Below, one piece after another: positions 13,564-26,339 of a DNA stretch of 64,000 nt. Source of the DNA: Octopus sinensis (Eukaryota); the NCBI RefSeq assembly GCF_006345805.1, contig NC_042999.1:52080001-52144000 (forward strand), written 5' to 3'. Position numbers and translations under genes: made by a program. Positions within the stretch are counted from its first letter, which is position 1; every line of letters begins with the position of its first letter. The notes beneath the pieces were generated by a model. It was given only the letters and a program-made list of their open reading frames with translations. It was not told the origin of the DNA and did no database searches.

Positions 13564-15889
13564 TATTTCATAACATTTGCCATAAAGGCAGTACATAGAG
13601 TAAGTTAGCTTTGCGGGCTGGACGAGGACATTAATGAAGTGAATGATAATGAAAGAAAGATGATGGGGATGGGAGAAGACAAAAAGCGCCCGCCGACTTC
13701 TGCTTCTCTAAAACATTGTTCTTTTAAAAACAAACACAAAACGAGGTATTAAACCTCTTACAATTTCTACAACTTTTCAATTTTCGGACTTAACAGTCCA
13801 TTACTAATATCAACATAGTTCAATAATTACATATATAAATACAATACACAAAGCCCCTCCTCCCAGACCTGGCTTACACTTCCCTTAGGAATGCGCCAGC
13901 TCTAGGTCGGGGCCACTCAAGTCGTATCACAATTTGACTCGTCCTCGAAATAAATTGTGCCCTCATCCTCCACCATCCACCACGCCTCCCTCAGAATGTA
14001 ATCGAATTCCGAGTTAGCGTCGCCCGGGACCAAGCTATAATCCTCATTGAGCTCCTTCAGCCCAAGCGTCACGTCGAACGCCACGGCCTCCACAGCTACC
14101 TGCGGAGGCCATTCGGGGTCCTGTGTGAAGGCTAAAGGTGCTCCCTTGTGGTGCTTTTCCATCACCTTTTCAATCTCTCCGCCTCTATAGAAGAGGATCA
14201 ATACCTCGTTTTTGCTCGGGTGCGGGATATTCAATTCTTTTGTTGGCGGCACAGTTCCCGCCAACGGTATTTCTTCTCCTGTCGGTGGCACAACCCCAAC
14301 CGACGTAGTTCCGGGACATTCCGGTGCTGTGTCACCGACAGCCGGTAATGTCCCGTTTCTCTTCCTCTTTTTCTTTTTTTTCTTTTCAACTGAGGGAGGG
14401 TGCATCTCCTCCGTGGCCGGAAGATTCGCCTTTCCCTCCTCATCCCTAGTATCCTTTGGTGAGCACCCATTGTTGCTCACCTTCCTCTTTCGGCCTCTGT
14501 TTGAGGAGTCCTCCGCTTCCTCGGCCGTTTTCATTCCCTCTTCTACAGGGGTTTCACAACTGTTCCGGGATCCTATTTTGTTCCCGGGGACAGTTCTTCT
14601 TTATATGGCCGGACTCCAAGCACCGATGACACTTAGAAGGGCGACCCTCAAGCATCACCGGGTACCTGCACCCGGCCATTTTCAAAAAGTATGGAAGAAC
14701 CAGATTGGCTGATTGGGTCCAAAGGGTCAAAATTGCTTTTGACCCAACCCAAGCAGCCGCAGGAAGAACTTTCACATTAAGGAGCTTAGTTTCGCTGCCA
14801 CCCAGACCCCGGCGGATAGTCTCCTCTATCCACTCGGGTTTTATCCCGGGTGGCAGATACAAGCTTTCGTCAGTCTCTTTTTTTGGTACGTGGGCAGGAA
14901 TAAAATTTCCTTACCCTCCAGGGGTTTACTAGCAAATTTGCAAGCCTCTTCAGGGGTGTCAAATAGCAACCACACCGTTGCATATTTGACACCCCTGGAA
15001 ATGAATTTAATTGTTGGCAAATACTCTGCCAACTCCTTTTCAATTGCCGTCCTTTCGAATTGGGCGATGGTGTCGAGTGCCTTGGAGTAGGTTCTCAACA
15101 CCACCGTCCTATCTTCACGGTCTTTTAACCACATTTTAGGCGGTATAATCTCCCATTCCAAAATTTTGTTAGTTTTCATTGCCATGTTCCTTTGTTTTTT
15201 TTTTAATATATTCAAAATAAACTTAAAAAGCGAGAAGAAAAAAGTTCAAAAGTCCAAATAAAATTTGATAGATTTTTGAAAAAACAAAAAGGAGAGAGCA
15301 CAACAGAAGGGAAGAAATCAACGGAAAGTCGCAATAAACAAAAAAACAAAACAAAAAGGGGAGTTAAATGAAGTTAAGAAGAAAGTCAGTAAACTGCAAA
15401 ACAAAGCAAAAATATTCTGGCCTTACGGTACTCCCGGCCTGAGTTGAACCTGGAACGCCGCAACTGGAACACAACCTCCACAAAAATTGGTCCAAAAAGT
15501 AATCCAAAAGTGGCTTATTCTTATAATTTTCTTGCGATATACTCCGACAAAGGAATAAATTCAACAAACCTAACCACAGCACTGGCCACCGCCAACGGTA
15601 ATTTTATCAGTAACTGTATTGGGTTTCGAGGATACGCGCCTCCACTGTTTTTTTCTTTCAATAAACACAAAAACGGCAGCCGCCGAGAGCAGGCGAAATT
15701 GTCTCAGAGTTGGACACAACTTACTGAAATAATAATTAGCACGCAATAAATTATGCCCAACTCACAATAAACAAAATCACTCACCTCGACAACTTTCCGT
15801 TTTTGGTCTTTTTTCTGTAATTGGACGGAGCTGGTTAACTCACGTCCACTCTGGCTCAACGGGAAGCAACTGACTAACTGCGCATGTGT
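13564..15889 (-). mobile_element. ORF1-only (HAL1-like) L1/Tx1-type non-LTR element
   Basis: 15-bp TSD GTTAGCAAGCTACTT (13549-13563 and 15890-15904); ~700-bp 5' UTR; one gag-like ORF; AATAAA at the 3' end; no ORF2. Confidence 0.75.
13917..15186 (-). pseudogene. L1/Tx1-like ORF1 (gag-like, RRM-like region plus CCHC knuckle) with two frameshifts
   Basis: Track ORFs 14841-15215, 14554-14862 and 13917-14534 join head to tail; contains YLPPGIKPEWI, knuckle CHRCLESGHIKKNC and a basic/Pro-rich tail. Confidence 0.7.
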
Positions 15890-15927
15890 GTTAGCAAGCT
15901 ACTTACCACACAGCCACTCCTGCGCCT
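15890..15927 (-). mobile_element. SINE family A 5' head (displaced)
   Basis: GTTAGCAAGCTACTTACCACACAGCCACTCCTGCGCCT is identical to 53976-54013. Confidence 0.9.
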
Positions 15928-16063
<136 letters not shown>

Positions 16064-16065
16064 AT

Positions 16066-16288
16066 AGGGAGAGTTTGCAAAAAAAGAAACAAAAGATGAA
16101 GACAGGTGGTGTACAAAACAAACATATGTATTAGTATAACGCTCAGGAATAGAAAAAGTCTTTCACGTTTCGAGCCTACGCTTTTCTACAGAAAGGGACA
16201 CAGAAAAAAATAAGGAGATAAACAAAGAGGGAAAAAAGGAGAGAAAAAAAGGAGAGAAAAATGTGTAGCGGCTAACGATCTATCATGC

Positions 16289-16351
<63 letters not shown>

Positions 16352-16437
16352 ATCCAAACATGAAAACACAAAGAGAAAACACAACAACGCTAGGACGTGG
16401 AACAAGTGTAGTATTATTGGACGCTCAGGAAAGAAGG

Positions 16438-16440
<3 letters not shown>
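16066..16440 (-). mobile_element. Penelope-like pseudo-LTR fragments in a (TA)n tract
   Basis: Degenerate minimal hammerhead at 16160-16195; 16348-16424 recurs inverted at 21940-22016. Confidence 0.55.
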
Positions 16441-16479
<39 letters not shown>

Positions 16480-16758
16480 GCGCATAAAGTAATGTTCATC
16501 GCCACGTAAACGTGGGCGTTCTATCAGAACAGACAATGCTGCTCTTTAGCGAACGAGTGTCCATCAACGAGGATGACGAAAATGAGGTCGAAATCACGTG
16601 GCTTGGCGGTCTCCGAGCTAGAATATATATCTAGTACGAAATGTACTGTGTTTAAAATAGCAGTATCGAACATCCATGTTTAGGTGGCGATAAACGTTAC
16701 TTCTCCGAATAAATAGTACTTTCGGCGCTAATAGAAATTTCGTTAACGAGCTAGTTTG

Positions 16759-16797
<39 letters not shown>

Positions 16798-17259
16798 CAC
16801 ACACACGCACACATATATATATTTTTTTAAAGTCTGTCGGTCTTTCTTTCTATTTCCTTTCTCTTCTCTTTTCTTTCTCTTCCTTGTTCCTGTCTTTCTC
16901 CCTTTCTTTACGAAACGAATTTGACATCTTGAATTATCATCAGAATCAGTTACTTGTAATAAAGCTACAAATCAGACAATCTTCAAATACATTCCTTCTT
17001 TCTCTCTACTTTCTTTTCTCTTTTCTGTCCTTCTTCCCTGTCTTCCCAACTTTCTTTCTTTCCTCTCTTCTTTCCTCTTTGCTCTTTCTTATTTTCGATA
17101 TACGTACTTATACATAATAAAAAAAATCATCCCCTTTTAGATTTGTATAAAATGGTAAAAAAAGTTTTCTATAAAACTTATATCTGAGGAGTTTCCATGA
17201 TTGAGATGAAAGCGCTAATAAAGAATTATCTTAAATTCTGACCCCTTCCTTTTCCGTAA

Positions 17260-19680
17260 TATATAAAATCTGTACATCATTTCAAGCAATCTCCACTCAG
17301 AACGCGGAACAACTCCGCGCAGAATTATCTGGGAAGTCGAATTTTCCGATCTTTAAACGGACAAACTGTTCACCACTGTAGATAAAGCAGTGAATGATAT
17401 TCTTGCACGAGGTACTCGCCTTAAAAATACCCAAGCGATAAGAACCAACGACACAGACTTTACCAATGAACCACGCCCATCTCAAAGAAAGATTTACAAG
17501 AAAGTAACAAAAGTTGATATACAAAAGCAAAATCCATTGAAACCACAATTCGGGAATAAACTTCTGAATCAACACAAACATGCATATTGGAAAAGCGTTC
17601 GATGTAATAACATAGCCAACACCTACCGAAATTGGCGAAGCAAAGAAATTCAATCCTTCTCAGAAAATTCCCTCATTAAAGAAATAAAAAGTAAAATGCT
17701 ACAAGGAAAACAAAAACGATACGTGTAAACTTAGCATTACGCCGTCTGGAAACTGAAATACCTCTTCGCCAATCACAAAAAGCATGATACGAAGAAAAAT
17801 TCAAACAATTGCTACAGTCATATTTGCTCTCTGAACGAAGTGACAATAAAAGTCAATAAATAGTATAACTATGGAAAGAAGACCACAAAACGAGAAGAGG
17901 AAAAATCTACAAAATGTGGGAAAACCAACAAAAGTGGTTTATTAATTAGGAAATAAACTATGGAGAACAAATCCATTATGAAAGAAAACCACAAGGAAAA
18001 TCAATACCAAACGTAGATATCGATGCTAGAGGAACCAGACAAAGGTATGAGGCCTCTAGTCATCGAAATGTATATGCGGAAATGGCCTCGATATCATCCC
18101 AAATTGAAACTAGAAATCCGTACGCTACAAAACCAAAATATAACTGTAGTATAAACAAATGCACAGAGTATAGATGACAACCATCAACCCATAATGCCAC
18201 ATAACCTAAAGGGACGAATCCATGTGGGGAAAGACAGGGAAGATATAGACAATATAGAAATAGTAATGCAAATAGACATCATTGAAAGTCTATGACTTAC
18301 GACTATCAATTTCAAACATCCCGAATGACCTAACAAGCATCGAAGAAGATGGGAAGAAGACAGACTCTATATCTGATGGAATTTAAACCGAGAACATGAA
18401 CCTGTCCCTCATCTAGGAAGAAATCGTAACTCCTGAAACATAAAATGGAGACACAATACTACAACTCCTTTTCAAGGGAGAAAATGTTGACCCTAAAATT
18501 ATAAATTTAATCAAAAAAGATGCCTCAACAAAAGTGAAATGAGTCTGTCATTGAATGGCTTCAAATGCATCTCTGCATCTACCTCAATTTCATGGAAACA
18601 AAACAGACTTTGAACACCTGCGCCTGATAGAATTCTTTGGCAATAAGAATAAAAATAATGAGTCGATTGTCGACATTTTTTCGATTCACCCCTTACGCGG
18701 GGGTGAGTGTAACAAACATTTAGATACATATATGGTTACAATTTCCAAATTCCCTCTCAATACTCGTAAATGCAATCAAAATCTTCGTAAAGAAGAAAAG
18801 GAAGCTTTATTAACACTGAAGAATGACAACGCAAGCATCCTGAAAGAAGCTGATCAGGGCAGGGCGATAGGGACTATGGACAGACTATCATAAATACCAA
18901 ATATTGGGACAGTTAACAGACTAGAACTGCTATAAGGAAGAATCAAGAAATCCGAAAAATAACAATAATGAATGAAATCAGAACATTAATTAACCAATAC
19001 ACAAACCCTTCATGGTTAAGAAAATACATGACTTCTGTAACTCTGTAATTAAAACGAGCAATTTCTACGGATTATCCAAGATCCACAAAAACTCATGAAT
19101 GCTTTTGTGGATCTTGAAAGCCACACAAAAATATAAATGCAGAAAGCTATAAATGAACAGAAAAACCATAACATAAAAGATAATAAAATCTACTTACCTC
19201 AAATTGAGACCAATAGTTGCTGGGCCTCAATCCATAGCAAAATAACTAAATCATTTTGTTAAGTGTTAAATCCTTATGGCCAATATATCGAGCGATATAC
19301 GGGACGACATCGATTTTCTCACATACATCCCACACACTCTCCCAGAAGGCACTATCCTTACAAGCTTCGACATTATTAGCCTTTATATTAATATACCTCA
19401 CACTTTAGGCCTGTAAGCAATCAAACATTGGATAGAAAACATGTAGGAAGGATAAACGAACGCTTCAAAAAGTAGACTCCATTAAAATAGCCACACGCCC
19501 AGTACTAGAAGAGAACCCCTTTAGATTTACTAATAAAATATATCAACAGATAAAGAGCACAGCTATGGGTACGAAATTTACACCCCCATATGATAACCTC
19601 CTTGCGGGTTTCTAGGAAGAAAGACTATACAAGGAATTGGAGAAAGATTTTCACCAAATTTTCAACACTGTTTCAGAAGA
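17260..19680 (+). mobile_element. Degenerate Penelope-like element (N-terminus plus RT)
   Basis: ILKEADQGRAI, SNFYGLSKIHK, LRPIVAGP, ILTSFDIISLYINIPH and YQQIKSTAMGTKF motifs, with many stops and frameshifts. Confidence 0.8.
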
Positions 19681-19989
19681 ACTGAACAGCATTCTTAGTT
19701 AACCCAAATTTCTAGTGGTATTCTTGTATTCATGAATGTGGCACACTATCATATGCCTTTTGGTACACGGAGGTCTTGCTGATCTATATATAGTAGGAAG
19801 TTTTTCTTTTCAGAAATTTTCTTATTTCTTGCTAAATTTTTGGTAGCAGAGCTCTCTCCTCAACATACTTCTATAAATATTTTACAACAACAAATGTTAG
19901 CAACCTTCACATTAGTAGAAGGCAAGTTATTGGTCAGTCGTTGCTTGCTATTTTCCCTTTATTTTGATCTTTCACTGCCAACACCGCGC

Positions 19990-20578
19990 TTCCTTTTGTC
20001 ATCTATTCAAGAATGTTTCCTGTCTCATGAAGCGCAGTGGAACATTTCAACCGAAATCCCAGGATCAATTCTGATCCCGGAGTTTTCCAGTTTGATATCG
20101 CTTTCAAGACAATTTAAAAATTTTTTCCTCTGATTGTCGAAGCAGTGCAGTACATACACATACCCAGTGTTGAGGTCTTCATCTTGAGCAGCCACCCATA
20201 AACTCTCAGTTTCTTTCTTTAAATCTCCACCCGAGGCCTCCCCCATGATCAGTCATGAGTTTTCACATTCTTCGAGTCTCTGTGGAACCACACATATAGT
20301 TACATTTCTTCTAGCGTTTCCTTTTCTTTTTTCACAAATTATCCTGCTCTTTTATGGTTTCCTCCACTCAGGCGTAACACTTATCCTGCCTGAATCTATC
20401 GCAGTATGTCCTAAGTTATTATTCTACACTCTTTGCAAGATAATTGTTTATTGGTCTTTGTTTTCCCTTCAATATATGCTAAATATTCTCCTTCCAATCA
20501 GATGATTCCTTTTATTGAAGATTGACATTTGGTTTTCTATGAGTGTTCATGGGCATTTAGCGTAGCGATTCTCTGTTT

Positions 20579-20635
<57 letters not shown>

Positions 20636-21480
20636 GAGTGTATGTGTGACGCCCTTGATTCATCTTTAATCTTCTTCATTATTTTGCACTAAATCACACT
20701 ACTAATGAAAGTGCCTTTGTGATTATTGGGTTTATCAGATTCTTTGAATTGAATTTGGTCTTCACTAAATGCAAACTATAATCTTTAAAAATTTATGTCT
20801 TTTGAGTTTTCTTCGTTTTCTACTGCATATCATCAACTTCCCCTGCTCCTAGAGACTAGCATCTGCTGTCATAAAGTTTAGTAATTAGTTCTTTAAATAT
20901 GTTTTCATAAAATGAACTCTGTCCTCTCTCTTCATGGCTAAAACTTCATATTTTGTTATACCAAACTCCACTCCAAGATCACTGAAACATATCTCTACTC
21001 TATCGACAAGTGAATTATTCTTTCCTACTGATTTCAAGCTATTTGTGAAGAATAAATGTTGTATGAATCTCTTCCAGGTTTAACATGCATTTTGACTTAA
21101 CTGTCTTCGTAATGGGCATTGCCATCACGACAAATAATTAAGGCAACAAGGACTCGCTCTGGAACCTACCTCTTTTAATGGTTACACTTCCCAATGTTTG
21201 CCTGTTCCCCATCAAATGGTGTCCTTAGTCATATTGAAATCAAACACGCCAAGCAGAGTCTGTCCTTACTTATCGTTCTTCATTATCATTTTGTCAATAA
21301 TCATATAGTCTTTGGTACTTTTTGAGTGTTTCCTGCACTTTTTCTCTTCTTTTTTTCTGAAAGATACCTGTTAGTCTCTTTCATAACAGACAGAAGCACT
21401 TGATTGGTCGATAATTTCCAGCTACTTTTCACTTCGTTGGATCATTCATTATCAAAGTCGCATTTCCTTCCACCATTCCA
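19990..21480 (-). mobile_element. Degenerate R4/Dong-like RT remnant
   Basis: GDLKKETESLWVAAQDE, GVEFGITK and STKDYMIIDK motifs, homologous to the 30-38 kb elements. Confidence 0.7.
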
Positions 21481-22024
21481 GTTCTGTACGATGTCTTGTC
21501 TTAGACGTTCATTCAAATAGTGTTGCTTGATCGGCTCTTTCTCTGAAGTAAAGCTTAAACCATACATGTATTTGATTCAAGGCGACATATGTACTGATTT
21601 TTTCGTAAGTTACGGTTTTTTCAAATTTCCATCTTGCTGAATTCTCCTCTAAAAATCGTTATGCCACTTTCAATGACTCTATTCCATCATGTATTTCTCC
21701 TCTTTCATACCTGCATGTTTTAAAAACCTTCTGCAGTAAACATAAACTTTACTTACATAGCCCCGAGGAAGCTATAAAATATCACGGAAGTACTTAGCTC
21801 CGAGTACAAGAGTACAATACTCCTCATAGAAGAAACAGCTGTAAGCTAATGGAAGTGATCATGTAATTCTTGATCTTTTATCATTCATTGATTTACACAC
21901 ACACACACACATATGTATGTATGTATATATATATATATAGCGTCCAATAACACTATACTTGTTCCACGTCCTCGCGTTGTTGTGTTTTCTCTTTGTGTTT
22001 TCATGTTTGGATTAACTTTACATA

Positions 22025-22162
<138 letters not shown>

Positions 22163-22327
22163 AAATATTAGGGAATGAATCCAAAATTACAGGGAAAAAT
22201 TTAGGGTTAAATCCAATCTTATAGTAAAATATTATATAATATAATTCGAGACAAAACCACTATTTTAAAACCAAACATGGAAAGACTTAATCAATACATA
22301 AAATTTTAATATAAATTAAATAAACCG

Positions 22328-22371
22328 CCACTACAAATGTTTCATGTCTGTTACCGACAATCTTCAGGTGG
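22328..22371 (-). ncRNA. Minimal type I hammerhead ribozyme motif
   Basis: CCAC-CUGAAGA-U-UGUC-GGUAACA-GACA-U-GAAAC-AUUU-GUA-GUGG: conserved core, stem I CCAC/GUGG, stem II UGUC/GACA. Confidence 0.7.
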
Positions 22372-22688
22372 ATTTTCGATCTAAAAATAGCAATATTTTA
22401 AAATAATTTAAAATAATAAAACAATAAAATTATCAATGAAAGAATGTAAAAAAATAAAAATATAATCTATATATAATCTATATATAATCTATATATAATC
22501 AATATATAATCTAAAATAATCTAAAATAAACCCTATAAACAATTGAATATAAATATGAGAACTTTTATAATAGGTTTTTATATTCAATTGTTTATAGGGT
22601 TTATTTTAGATTATTTTAGATTATATATTGATTATATATAGATTATATTTTAATTTTTTTACATTTTTGCTATTTTTAGATCGAAAAT

Positions 22689-22732
22689 CCACCTGAAGAT
22701 TGTCGGTAGCAGACATGAAACATTTGTAGTGG
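22689..22732 (+). ncRNA. Minimal type I hammerhead ribozyme motif
   Basis: Same as 22328-22371 except one loop II base (GGUAGCA). Confidence 0.7.
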
Positions 22733-22830
22733 CGGTTTATTTAATTTATATTAAAATTTTATGTATTAAAATTTTATGTATTGATTAAGTCTTTCCTTGT
22801 TTGGTTTTAAAATAGTGGTTTTGTCTCGAA

Positions 22831-22938
<108 letters not shown>

Positions 22939-23185
22939 TCACGTAGATATACATACATGCATATTTACACGCAGAAGATGCACACATACACATATATACA
23001 CTTAGAACTATAGATACAATATACATTCCCATCACGCAACCTACGCATAATTAAATGTAAGAATACTTAAAACAACAAACGTCTTTACTGCCTGAAGGAT
23101 TTCCAAATGACAGCTTTATATTGTCCTTCAACGTAATCTATGTGTAACATTTTTAATAAGCCAATTTTGGAGTTATACATTTTTA

Positions 23186-23590
23186 TTACCCATCATGTTG
23201 AAACCTTATATCAAATATTGAACGCAATAAATTCTGTTTCACTGTTTTATGACAGAGTGACATCATAAATGCCATGTCTGGAACAATTGACACTAGGTGG
23301 ATCGGGGTTCTGAGCAGCGAGCTAGCAGAATACAGATGCCTCTCCACCAACTTTACTATTTTTCTAAATAATGGTTTGTAAATGAATGTCTGCATTAATG
23401 CATAGTCTTGGAGAAACTTTGCAAGCTTTACAAATATGTAGATTTTCGTGTATTTTAGGTAATCTGTAGAATAGACTAGGTCTGTATTTAAAATCCGATA
23501 AATAGTCAATTTTATTTTTAGTGAGGCCCTTTCTATGTATTTGAGGTAAGGAGGATAAGTTAACCACTGCAAATACTTTTTTCAAAGTTC
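23186..23590 (-). mobile_element. Penelope-like RT fragment
   Basis: PSLFYRLPKIHEN and LVSIVPD motifs; frameshifted. Confidence 0.65.
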
Positions 23591-25077
23591 ACCGAAATGC
23601 GGTACATTTCCTCAAACGTTAAAGGAAGTAATAATCTGCCCTGTCTAGAAAGGAGGAAGCGAAGCAGATACTATAAATTACAGACCTATCTGTCTGGCCT
23701 CACTTGTCAGCAAGATCATGGAACGCATTGTCAGAAAACGACTGAGCACGTTCCTATAGTAAAAACACTTGCTTACAGATACGCAACATAATTCCTGTCC
23801 TGGTATGAGCTGCCTAACACAGCTACTACAGCACTTCCACTGGGTACTAAAACAACAGCTCAACCATTCAGATGTGGATGTGATATGTCTCGACTCTGCC
23901 AAGGCGTTTGACAATGTAAATCATAGGATTATTTGTCACAAATTGCTTTACCTCGATCTCGCTGGCAAACTGGGAGAGTGGCTGCATGATTTCCTAAGGA
24001 GCAAAAGTCACAGCAAATGGTTCTCTCTCACTTTTAAGTGTCACCAAACCTCAGTGGAATCTCCCAGGGAAAAGTGCTGGGTCCACTACTGTTTGTGGTT
24101 GCTCTCTCGGACATGCCCTCAGCCATAGAGTCAGCCACACTTACTAGCTACGCCGATAATACGAAAGTATTTCAGGCGGTCAAGGATCCTACTGAATCCT
24201 ATGATTGCAGAATGACCTGAACGCAATATATAAATGGGCTGATGAGAATAATATGCTGCTCAATAGGGCAACATTTCAAACATTCCGCTATCAGCCCACA
24301 AACTACAGCTGAAGTACACGGGAGAAGCAGACAATCCCAGTGTTAGAGTCGGTGCATGACCTGAGAATCCACATGAGCAACGACACAATTTTCCATGTGC
24401 ATATTGCTGAGATGGCAATACTATGCAGATGGGTGGCATGTTGGATCCTTAGATGTTTCAGGGCCAAGAACTTAGACACAATGTTTTTGCTTTGAAGAAC
24501 CTCTGTTCTCAGTCGTCTGGTCTACTGCTCCCAACTGTGGCCTTCACGGAGTGTAAAACTAATTGCGGTACTAGAAGCGATCCAACACCACTTCACAAAG
24601 AAGAGAGACTCAGTAAAACATATGGGCTACTGGGAGAGATTGAGGGAACTGGGGCTCTGCTCCCTGGAGAGGAGATGTGAGAGATATACGGGTGCTATAC
24701 ACGTGGAAAATAATGGAGGGTCTGGCTCCATTTTCGGAATTGAAATCTACAACGATCTCCTTAACTGGACGGCACTGCACGGTACCAAAGGTACCACCCT
24801 CTCCATCGAGGATACAAACCTAATACTGTAATAGCTTGGATTCAAGGGCCCGCAACGTTTTAATGTCATACCTCATCAGGGGGCTTTGTAAGGTGTATAC
24901 ATGGAAGTCTTCCATTAACATTGAAACAGCTTTTTATCTGTAATTACGGATGAACACACGTCGCCTTAGGAGGCACAATGAAGAGCGGTAAGGTTCAACT
25001 CGCTACTTCACCAGAAGCAATACTGGAAAAATACCCGGACACAGTAAAGGCCTCAGACTCTGGCTGAAGCCCATAAA
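23590..25077 (+). mobile_element. CR1/L2-like LINE, 5'-truncated and degenerate
   Basis: YRPICLASL, VICLDSAKAFDNVNH, SGISQGKVLGPLLF, YADNTK and YWERLRELGLCSLERR motifs. Confidence 0.85.
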
Positions 25078-25215
25078 ATGAAAATATATGATATATATAT
25101 ATACACATACACATATATAGTATATATATATATATATATATATACATACACATACACATATATTATATGTAATTATGTATATGTATGTGTGTATATATAT
25201 GTATATATGTTTATG

Positions 25216-25551
25216 TCAGGTCACTTTCGAGTGCGACTGATAACATGTAACCCAGTACAACCTGTTCCATAGTCGGGCCGTCGGCGACTAAACCGGTAAC
25301 CCCACCAAGCTTGCTTGGTGAGGAGAGTGTTCATTGGACACCCTGCGGGATGAAAAACAAAAGCCGTCAAAGGGCGGAGGAACTCTTGAGAGTCAACGGC
25401 CGTCCAATAAATGTGTAATTATATATTTACTGTATATCTACCTTTTTCTCACTAATTTTTATATATCGTATATTTTTATAGCTTGCTCATTATATAAGTT
25501 TTTATATACTTCACATCACATATTTTATGTATATTTTGTATATCAATGTTT

Positions 25552-25605
<54 letters not shown>

Positions 25606-25962
25606 TATGTTTTATTTATTTATTTATTTATTTTCTCATTATATCAATCTTATCCAGCTTAAGGCTGTATCATGCACGGGGACATAGAAATAATCGGACT
25701 GAATACCCGATCGCCCGGTTAAACCATTGGGAATGAAGGACTCCTAGCCTTTGTTAGGGCATCTTTCTAGGAGAAGGTAACTCGGGTAACTGGGATAACT
25801 CCGACATAAAACCTGCGGCTCAGTGGTTACCGATGATGCTGACTTGTTCTTCTTTTCGGATTATGGTTGCTGTTGCTTAGTGAGTGGAATTGACTCAGTG
25901 CACAGCCTTTCCTCACTTTAAAAAAATCTTCTTGCACAGGCAAGAACATTGATTGATTGATT
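25216..25962 (+). mobile_element. RTE-5'UTR-like non-autonomous element interrupted by an AT-rich insert, (ATTG)n tail
   Basis: HDV-like fold at the 5' end; TAGGGCATCTTTCTAGGAGAAGGTAACTC resembles RTE 5' UTR motifs; tandem-repeat tail; no ORF. Confidence 0.5.
25235..25296 (+). ncRNA. Degenerate HDV-like ribozyme candidate
   Basis: P1 GACUG/UAGUC, P2 CCAGU/ACCGG (one mismatch), P1.1 CC/GG, P4 GCC/GGC, J4/2 GACUAA; P3 disrupted. Confidence 0.45.
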
Positions 25963-26153
25963 AAATTGAATAACTAATTTATGATTGTTGATAGTGCTGT
26001 GAGTCTCAGCTGAATGGCTGGCTGTAGCCTTAAAAGCAAATTGTAGATCTTTAGCTGGGCTAAAAAGTCACATTCAATCACAGCACCAATAACAGTTAAG
26101 CTTCGTGCAATGGCCATACTCGATAACGAGGGGGCAGCCATCATATGCATATA

Positions 26154-26306
<153 letters not shown>

Positions 26307-26339
26307 ATATGATTGAAAACCTAGACGAGAGTGGAGATT

